Positions 19,705 to 27,048 of a stretch of 64,000 nt of DNA are shown here, in pieces. The stretch spans positions 46,589-110,588 of the forward strand of contig CAYTOA010000002.1 in the NCBI GenBank assembly GCA_964439265.1, given 5' to 3'. The notes beneath the pieces were generated by a model that was given only the letters and a program-made list of their open reading frames with translations, was not told where the DNA came from and did not search any database. This stretch comes from an uncultured Chitinophagaceae bacterium. Its GTDB lineage: Bacteria > Bacteroidota > Ignavibacteria > UBA10030 > UBA8401. The translations under genes were made by a program, and so were the position numbers. Positions within the stretch are counted from its first letter, which is position 1; every line of letters begins with the position of its first letter.

Positions 19705-19835
19705 TTAAAAAAATAATTCACCGCAAAGGGCGCTAAGGACGCCAGGATTTCTTAGTTTGTTTTACAAAAACATCTTTGCGATCTTATCGTGCTTTGCGGT
19801 TTTAGTACAAGATTTAATATTAGAAAAAGCACTAG
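19705..19835. repeat. Diverged tandem copy (A2) of the same repeat family
   Basis: Same layout as A1: ACCGCAAAGGGCGCTAAGGACGCCAGG ... CTTTGCGATCTTATCGTGCTTTGCGGT ... gaaaaagcactag. Confidence 0.6.
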
Positions 19836-19879
19836 ATTGAACATACCGGCGAAAGCGTCTTTGAGAGGGGGAAGGGGTA

Positions 19880-20524
19880 TCAGTTGTGTTGGGCTGGAAA
19901 AGGCACGAGGTCGTCAAATCTTAAAATGATCTTGGGTGACGAGATCGATGCCAGGTCGAGGGTTTTTGTTTCGCTGAATTTATAGTAGATGCTTTCAATG
20001 AATGTGCCGGAAAAGGTAACCATCTGGCCAGCGGATAGCCGTGATGCTTGTTGGTACGTTTTGGATCCTTTTTCAATTATCGAATTGTTCTTCCATGTCG
20101 GCCAGCGTTGAAAATGGGTCTGGTAGGAAATAGTAAATCCCGCAGCGTCGCTAACTATCCTCAAAAGAGTCCAGTCACCCTTGTTTTCATTTCTGATCTC
20201 TTCAATCCTTCCGATCCAGTGAATCGCGCGGAATTTGTTTTACTTAAAAAATTCTAACCGGGATTTGTCGCATTCATCAACCGCTGCAGATCTTTGGCCG
20301 TCATTTTTTGCCAAACTTAATTGTTCCCGGAATCGAAGATTGGACTGGTGAAACAACAACTGTTCTGCCGGATACCGGACCGAGGGCGCGGTTATCGGTA
20401 TCCGGTCTGAATCGATATCGTCCGAAGCCGCTTTCTGTTCAGGCTTGCGAGTGTTGCACGATGGAAGAACGATGAAGATAAGTCCCAGCAGCACGAGAGT
20501 AATCTTGCGTTTGGCAGGGATCAT
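19880..20524 (-). pseudogene. Lipoprotein gene interrupted by one in-frame TAA (20240-20242); alternatively two small genes
   Basis: The upstream part begins MIPAKRKITLVLLGLIFIVLPSC (signal peptide plus lipobox). ORFs 20240..20554 and 19880..20164 share a frame. The 75 nt between the TAA and the first possible start (TTG at 20164) are open and read as plausible protein (NKFRAIHWIGRIEEIRNENKGDWTLL). Confidence 0.4.
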
Positions 20525-20676
20525 CGGTTCATACGCCCCCTTGGGAGCGCACAACGGGTTTCTGAATAATAGCTATCCTCTCCGAGGGAAAATATTTCGG
20601 ACATGGCAGTTTGTTTTGAACGAAGGGCTAAAGAGATGATTCTAGATTATTCATCGGGTTTCTATCACCCGATCTC

Positions 20677-20982
20677 TTAATGCATCTTATCAACGAACGC
20701 GATGCTCAACGTGATACTCATATAAATAATGCCGGCGAAGAAGACGAGCAGACTCCATTTGTTTGATTGAGAGAGTTTTCCGGTTCTTACCAGGATGTAG
20801 CCGATGAGCAAATTCGCCAGTGCCCACAGAACGTTTACCGTCGGAGATGATAATCCTTTCCCCGGCGGGGTAGAAAAGGGTGACGGAAATGCGTCGCCGG
20901 ACACTCCGTGGACGAAATGCGGGACGGTGTTTGCTAAAAATGCTCCGGCGAAAAAGCAAGCGACATAATGATACCATTTCAT
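20677..20982 (-). CDS. Small integral membrane protein (3 predicted TM), function unknown
   Basis: The 101-aa ORF has three hydrophobic helices (YVACFFAGAFLANTV, VLWALANLLIGYILV, LLVFFAGIIYMSITL). A 7-bp hairpin (20653-20673) follows the stop. Confidence 0.6.
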   Translation of the reverse strand: MKWYHYVACFFAGAFLANTVPHFVHGVSGDAFPSPFSTPPGKGLSSPTVNVLWALANLLIGYILVRTGKLSQSNKWSLLVFFAGIIYMSITLSIAFVDKMH

Positions 20983-21213
20983 GATGCTCTCCCTCTATTA
21001 TAGTTGATGATCGTGAAGACTTTATGAGCGATACTTCTCCTACGAAGAATAAGGGGCGGAACTGCTAGTGTCTTGATTGAAGAACCGTAATAAACCGTTA
21101 CGGACACAATATAAAATACTCGGGTCAAAATGCCAAGTGGATTGTGACACCTTCAAGCCTTCGATGCTGCGCATGTCACAATGGGGAATATGTTTTCTTG
21201 GGGATAGAGCCGC

Positions 21214-24200
21214 TCAAAAATCTGAAGAAGCACCAATTAATATCCTCGAAACTTTTTCCATGAGCGCACTCGGCTTGTAGGGCTTTTGTATGAAGGAGTG
21301 AGGGAGGATGTCGCCGAATACAGATCGAATCTCCTCTTCCGTGTAACCGGAGCAGAGAAGCACATTTACGTCGCTGTTGATCTTGAGAAGTTCGTGAAAA
21401 GCGGTCTTGCCATCCATGCCCGGCATGGAGTAATCTAAGACCACCAGCAGAATGGATTCTTGGTGTTGGCGGTAGAGTTCAATCCCCTCGATCGGATCTA
21501 AGGCCTTGATCACTTTAAAACCTGCATCCGTGAAGACATCCGTCAATAACTCAAGCACGGAAGGTTCATCGTCAATCACGAGGACGGTTTTTCCCTCACC
21601 GTCAAGCGCAGGAATCTGTTTCGTCTCTTGCGATTTCGGTTTCAATAAAGGCTGGACCATCGGGAACACAACGTCAAATTCACTCCCTTTACCGCTTTCG
21701 CTGTGAATGCGGATCCCTCCATGGTGCCCACGTATGATTCCAAGCACTGCGGCGAGGCCCAGTCCTCGTCCGGTAAATTTTGTCGTAAAGAACGGGTCAA
21801 AGATCCGCGCCAGCAATTCCGGCTTGATCCCGTGTCCCGTGTCGTTCACCTGGAATGAAACGTAAGGGCCGGGTGGAAGGGAAATGTTGGTATACCTGGA
21901 GTATTCCTTCGCGTTCAACGCGATTTCAATTTGACTGGTGTGAACGGTGATAGAGCCCGGATTTGTGCCGAGCGCCTCGCCCGCATTGATGATAAGGTTC
22001 ATGACAACTTGTTGGATCTGGCCTACGTCGCCCCGCATGCAAAGGGGTGTGCGGTCGAGGTCGTACAGCAGGTGGGCCGACTTTGGTATGGACACTTCCA
22101 GCAGCTGTGCGTTTTCCTCTACCAACCGGTTGAGATCGAAATCATCGGTTAGAAATTTTCCTTTTCCCGAGTAGGCGAGTAACTGTCGTGTCAGATCTGC
22201 GGCCCGCTCGGCTGCCTTGAGGACTTTTGCGATGTTGTTGCCGGCCGGACTTTCTTTCGGGAGCTTGCCGAGGGCCAGAGATGATTGCCCCATGATGGCA
22301 TTGAGGAGATTATTGAAATCGTGAGCGATACCGCCCGCAAGGGTACCGATGCTCTCCAACTTTTGTGCATGGCGAAGCGCCTCCTCTGCGCGCTTGCGGT
22401 CCGTGATATCTTCTTTCACGGCAAGGAAATTAGTCACTACGCCGTCCTGGTCCTTGACGGGGGAGATTGACGTTATTTCCCAAAAAAGTTCGCCGTTTTT
22501 CTTTCTATTATGGAATTCACCGCGCCAATCCTTGCCGGCAGTGATGTCCTGCCACAATCTTCTGTACTCTTCCGGCGATGTCTCTCCGGATTTTAATATG
22601 TTGGGTTTTTTCCCGATGGCTTCGTCCATGGTGTAGCCCGTAACTTGTGTAAATTTCGGGTTGACGTATTCGATATTTCCCTGCGTGTCGGTGATAACAA
22701 TGGAAGCCGGGCTTTGTTCGATGGCGATGGAAAGCTTGCGCAGCTGCCGTTCAGCTTCTCTGCGTTCCGTGATGTCATGGATAATTGAAAACAGGTGTTG
22801 TTTTCCATCCAACATAATTGGGGAGGAATGCACTTCCACGCTGCGCACTGCGCCGTTTGCAAGGCGATGTGCAAAAATGAATGAGCTCTTTTCACTCACC
22901 AGCGCTCGCGACAGCTCCGCTTGGACTTCTCCTGCCGCCATCATGTTGATATTCTGTATGGACATTCCTCGTAACTCGTTTACGGAATATCCATAAAACC
23001 TCTCTGCAGCCGGATTGGCATCGTTGATCTCGCCGGACACGGGCTCGATAAGGAGCATGACGGCATCGTGCATCTCGAACATACTGTGAAACCGTTCCTC
23101 ACTTTCCCGCAACGCCTCCTCGGCGCGCTTTCGCTCTGTGATATCCTGGACAAGTCCGTGAACGTAATGGCGGCTTCCCACTTCCAGCGACGACCCGGTG
23201 ATGAGAGCAATAAAGGTCGAACCGTCTTTCCGCATAAGTTCGACTTCTCTTTTGCCCGACTCACGTTGATCGGCAACCCGGCTGAATAACTTCAGGGAAG
23301 AGCGCTTCGGCATGAGATCGATGACGCGCATCGCAAGAAGCTCTTTTTCTGTGTACCTCGTCATCCTGCAGAATGCCGGATTGACCATGATGTAACGACC
23401 GTCCAGATCGGCGATAGTGATCCCTTCATTGCTTTGTTCGACCGCGGCGCGGTAACGGAGCTGGCTTTCACGCAGCGCTTCCTCCGTTCGTTTACGCTCC
23501 GAGATATCGCGGACGATAAGCTGCACAGCGGGTCGGTTGCCGAAGGTCACCGGCAGAGCTTTTACTTCGACGTCGACGTCCGTCCCGTCCAGCCTCACAA
23601 ATTTCTCCTCCAGGAGCGGAAGCGGATCGTTCGATAATAATGCTTCCTTCATCCTCTCAATAATCATCTGCCGGTACTCAGGATGAACGAGATCGAGGAC
23701 CGGCGTTCCGATCAACTCCTCCATACCCGATGCTCTTACAAGAGCGACGCTGGCGCTGTTCGCAAAAACAATCTTTCCGTCGACGTATATCGCAATGCCG
23801 TCGGGGAAGCCTTCGACGAGTTGGCGGTAATTTAGTTCGCTTTCCTGAAGCGCTTGTTCTGCCTCTTTCCGCTCAGTGATGTCCTGGACAAGGCCGTCGT
23901 AAGCAGCGATCTCCCCCGTTTCATCGCGATGGAGAACAAACGTGTTTCTTACCCAGCGCAACGATCCGTTTTTATGCACGATTCGGTGCTCGAGAGGGGG
24001 GGGGATTTTGCCGGCCATGATCAGCCGCGCTTGTTCCTCCACAACGGGACGGTCTTCGGGGAACACCATGTCGATCCAGAGGTAGGGTTGGTCTTTGAAC
24101 TCATCGGGCTGGTAACCGGTGATAGAGACACATCCCGGTCCATGGTCTGTATTGGTAACTTTTCCTTCTTTCACATGCGCGGTATAGATGTAGTCAGTGA

Positions 24201-26310
24201 TCGCCGCAATGATTCTCTGGTAACGATCCTCGCTGTCGCGAAGTGCGTCTTCGAACTGCCTGCGTTCCGTAATATCCCTTACGGCCGCCATTCGCAAATG
24301 CTTCCCCTGATAAAAAATTGGTTTTGAAAATACTTCGAGAATCAGCCGCGTGCCGTCCGAACGGATCGCACCGGTTTCGAAGTGAGTCTCGTCACCAGAA
24401 GAGATGTGCTGACGAAGTGAGGTGTGCATTTCGGTCGCCGAAAAATCGAGCAGTGATTTGCCGATGGCCTGCTTCCTGGTATAACCGAGCATTCGGCACA
24501 TCGCCTCATTGACCTCGACGATCACTCCATTGTCCTGGATCGCAATTCCTTCGACTGTCGCTCCCCACAGTTCGCGGAACTGGGATTCGCTTGCCCGAAG
24601 CGCGATTTCTGCCATTTTGCGCTCGGTGATATCTTCCACGGTGCCATCATAATAGAGTATCTTGCCGTGAGAGTCCCGGATTGCACGGGCGCTTTCTCTT
24701 ACATAGATGACCGAGCCATCGTGACGAGTCCAGGCACTCTCCAAGCCATTGACCTCTCCATCCTGTTCCACACGGTCGATAAATTGTCTTCTTTCATACG
24801 ATGGTTCGAAGCCTTCCCGTTCGAGATTCCTTGCTGCCAGTTCTTCGAATGTGGAGTAGCCAAGTTTCTTGACGAGTGAAGGATTTGCCAGAATTATTAC
24901 TCCGTCTGGCGTTGTCCGGTACAGGCCGAGACTTGAATTTTCGTAGATCGAACGAAAGCGTTCCTCACTAGCCCGCAGTGCTTTGTCTGCCTCCTTGCGT
25001 TCGGCGATATTTCTTGCGGTTGTGTGCATATAGAGCACGCCCGCTATCAAAATGCGCTTGTTATTAAACTCTGCGTCGACTTTTGAACCGTCTTTGCGGA
25101 GGATCTTCGCCTCGCTTGCGATTTCTTCTCCATCGAAGATCTTATTGTTGTAGGTTGTATACGCGGTTAAATCGAGCTGGTCATGAAGATCGGGAATCTG
25201 CATCCCGAGGAGCTGCTCTCGAGAGTAGCCGGTGAGTTCACAAGCGGCGTTGTTGACGGCGACAAACCGGGAATCCGTGTCTGAGATGAACACGGAATCT
25301 CGTGAGCCTTCAAAAATGGCTTCCTGCCATTCGAGGGCTTGCCTTAAACTCTCTTCTCCATGCTTGCGTGCGGTGATGTCCTGGATATGGGTGATGAAGC
25401 ATTGAGGGCGGTGTTGTGCGTCTCGAATGAGGGAACTTGAGATGCTCGCCCAAATAATGTTTCCCTGTTTGTGGAGATACCTTTTTTCAAGTTTGATTTT
25501 TTCCTCTCCGCGGGTTTCATGGCGGCTGAGAAAGTCCAAGGTCAGTGCCATGTCGCCCGGATGCGTTATCTGTGAAAGAGTCATTTGTTCAAGCTCTTCC
25601 TGGCTGTAACCAAGAATCTCACACAGCGCATTGTTCACTCTAAAAAATTGTCCGTCAATACTTGTCAGGCTCATTCCCACATTTGCGTTTTCGAAGGCAA
25701 GATGAAATCGCTCTTCAATTCCTTCCAGCGTGCCCGGGAGCAATTCTAAAGGAGCTGCAAACGTGATCGAGATTCCGCAGACAACAACGATCATGACGAT
25801 CCAGGCAAGGGGAGACCGAATGTAGAGGAGAGGCGACGTGCCATAATCAAGCCAGCCGCCGACAAAAAGAACCGCTGTGATCGAGAGGAAGAGAAAAAGG
25901 AAGGCAATGCTCGCGTACGCAGTCTTCCGGTGGCCGAGCATCATCAGGTAGAGAGTAATAGCCGGCGCGATAACGAGCGCTGCAGACATAAGACCCAATG
26001 TAACGACTCCTGAGACAAGGATTAGTGCGAGCATGATGATCATCATCACCGCGAACGTCTCAGGCCGAGTACTTTTTCTTCGAAGGAAGAGAATCGTCAT
26101 TACGATCGCGAGCAGTACGTGGAGATACATGACAGGCCGGACTCCCAAGATCGGAATTCTAGCGATTGTAAGGATGGCGTTAATCAGGATGGCCGCAAAG
26201 AACAACGGAATGAATCGACGCGTGATGTTGTTTCGCAATGATTCAACAGAAATGTGGAGATTCTGTCCGTCGGGTTTCAAAGGATTTATCCTTATGGGTT
26301 CAATTCTCAA
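21214..26310 (-). CDS. Giant hybrid sensor histidine kinase: ~6 TM N-terminal region, ~9 PAS/PAC modules, DHp, HATPase_c, receiver
   Basis: Nine 'DITERK..E.AL' linkers. H-box LESIGTLAGGIAHDFNN, G-boxes DTGHGIK / GRGLGLAAV, and receiver VLVIDDEP...LVVLDYSMPGMDG. The start is uncertain because 26310 is a TTG. Confidence 0.9.
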   Translation of the reverse strand: MRIEPIRINPLKPDGQNLHISVESLRNNITRRFIPLFFAAILINAILTIARIPILGVRPVMYLHVLLAIVMTILFLRRKSTRPETFAVMMIIMLALILVSGVVTLGLMSAALVIAPAITLYLMMLGHRKTAYASIAFLFLFLSITAVLFVGGWLDYGTSPLLYIRSPLAWIVMIVVVCGISITFAAPLELLPGTLEGIEERFHLAFENANVGMSLTSIDGQFFRVNNALCEILGYSQEELEQMTLSQITHPGDMALTLDFLSRHETRGEEKIKLEKRYLHKQGNIIWASISSSLIRDAQHRPQCFITHIQDITARKHGEESLRQALEWQEAIFEGSRDSVFISDTDSRFVAVNNAACELTGYSREQLLGMQIPDLHDQLDLTAYTTYNNKIFDGEEIASEAKILRKDGSKVDAEFNNKRILIAGVLYMHTTARNIAERKEADKALRASEERFRSIYENSSLGLYRTTPDGVIILANPSLVKKLGYSTFEELAARNLEREGFEPSYERRQFIDRVEQDGEVNGLESAWTRHDGSVIYVRESARAIRDSHGKILYYDGTVEDITERKMAEIALRASESQFRELWGATVEGIAIQDNGVIVEVNEAMCRMLGYTRKQAIGKSLLDFSATEMHTSLRQHISSGDETHFETGAIRSDGTRLILEVFSKPIFYQGKHLRMAAVRDITERRQFEDALRDSEDRYQRIIAAITDYIYTAHVKEGKVTNTDHGPGCVSITGYQPDEFKDQPYLWIDMVFPEDRPVVEEQARLIMAGKIPPPLEHRIVHKNGSLRWVRNTFVLHRDETGEIAAYDGLVQDITERKEAEQALQESELNYRQLVEGFPDGIAIYVDGKIVFANSASVALVRASGMEELIGTPVLDLVHPEYRQMIIERMKEALLSNDPLPLLEEKFVRLDGTDVDVEVKALPVTFGNRPAVQLIVRDISERKRTEEALRESQLRYRAAVEQSNEGITIADLDGRYIMVNPAFCRMTRYTEKELLAMRVIDLMPKRSSLKLFSRVADQRESGKREVELMRKDGSTFIALITGSSLEVGSRHYVHGLVQDITERKRAEEALRESEERFHSMFEMHDAVMLLIEPVSGEINDANPAAERFYGYSVNELRGMSIQNINMMAAGEVQAELSRALVSEKSSFIFAHRLANGAVRSVEVHSSPIMLDGKQHLFSIIHDITERREAERQLRKLSIAIEQSPASIVITDTQGNIEYVNPKFTQVTGYTMDEAIGKKPNILKSGETSPEEYRRLWQDITAGKDWRGEFHNRKKNGELFWEITSISPVKDQDGVVTNFLAVKEDITDRKRAEEALRHAQKLESIGTLAGGIAHDFNNLLNAIMGQSSLALGKLPKESPAGNNIAKVLKAAERAADLTRQLLAYSGKGKFLTDDFDLNRLVEENAQLLEVSIPKSAHLLYDLDRTPLCMRGDVGQIQQVVMNLIINAGEALGTNPGSITVHTSQIEIALNAKEYSRYTNISLPPGPYVSFQVNDTGHGIKPELLARIFDPFFTTKFTGRGLGLAAVLGIIRGHHGGIRIHSESGKGSEFDVVFPMVQPLLKPKSQETKQIPALDGEGKTVLVIDDEPSVLELLTDVFTDAGFKVIKALDPIEGIELYRQHQESILLVVLDYSMPGMDGKTAFHELLKINSDVNVLLCSGYTEEEIRSVFGDILPHSFIQKPYKPSALMEKVSRILIGASSDF

Positions 26311-27048
26311 ATGCCGAAATTCGTGAAATGTCCGCGCCGTAGATCTGACACGCTTGTGGAAGAGAGATCGTGCTGAGTCGTGTCAATATTTTTCGCTAAG
26401 GACTCCCGGTTTCGCTTCAGTGATTTCAGGGGTTGCAATACAGTCCACCTTTATGTATATCGGCAGAACGATCAACAATCTTCTCTCCAAAAGCGATCGA
26501 TTTGCAGCAAACAAACGACAGTTCTCTCAGGGAGAATACGATCGTGCACGCAACAACGACTTTTTGCCTTCGATTTTTGTTATAACAGGAGCCCCTTTTA
26601 TCGAAACGTATCATGCGCTATGGGGATTCGCTTGTATTTCCCCGGCGCGTCAAGTTCTGATTTCTGTTCCCATTGGGAGGGTGGAAAAGTTACTAGTTCC
26701 TTTAATTCTACAATAACTATGCCTCTCAATACAGGCAATATGAAGTGGATTTTGAGCAAATCTTGTCAAAGATGGGAAGAATTGGGCTTGAATTCGCCGT
26801 CACGCTAAAATCAAGGGAAGGGTATAGTCTGCACACATCACCAGCCATTTGGAGGAGTTGGGTGGAATGTGATCGACGATAGGAGGAGACATTTGTTTGG
26901 CGGAGAAGCTGCTGCGGCGAACGATCGGTGTTCTGTCGGCATCTGCGCAGCTGATATCACCATTCCCCAAAGTAATATTCGCCTTCAACGTGCCCGGTCT
27001 CTGTTATTCAGCGGGTAACCACATCGCCTTCGCTGTCCTTTATAATGA

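Noticed and set aside
21141-21182. 9-bp perfect inverted repeat ATTGTGACA-N24-TGTCACAAT downstream of the 1698-aa kinase, considered as a terminator or operator
   Set aside because: The 24-nt loop and the missing U-tract argue against an intrinsic terminator. With a single occurrence and no adjacent promoter I cannot support an operator call.
9370-26310. Regularly recurring ~20-30-nt similar sequences inside the two giant genes that could be mistaken for a repeat array or CRISPR
   Set aside because: They are the coding sequence of the conserved PAS-PAC linkers ((D/E)ITERKRAEEALRESE...). They recur with a ~375-390-nt domain period inside one continuous ORF, so they are not direct repeats with spacers.
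26354-26808. Two overlapping plus-strand ORFs (120 and 142 aa) in the 740-bp spacer between the Y_Y_Y sensor and the giant kinase
   Set aside because: They overlap each other in different frames and run opposite to all neighbouring genes. They have no ribosome-binding site and no recognisable motif. I treat the region as non-coding regulatory DNA.
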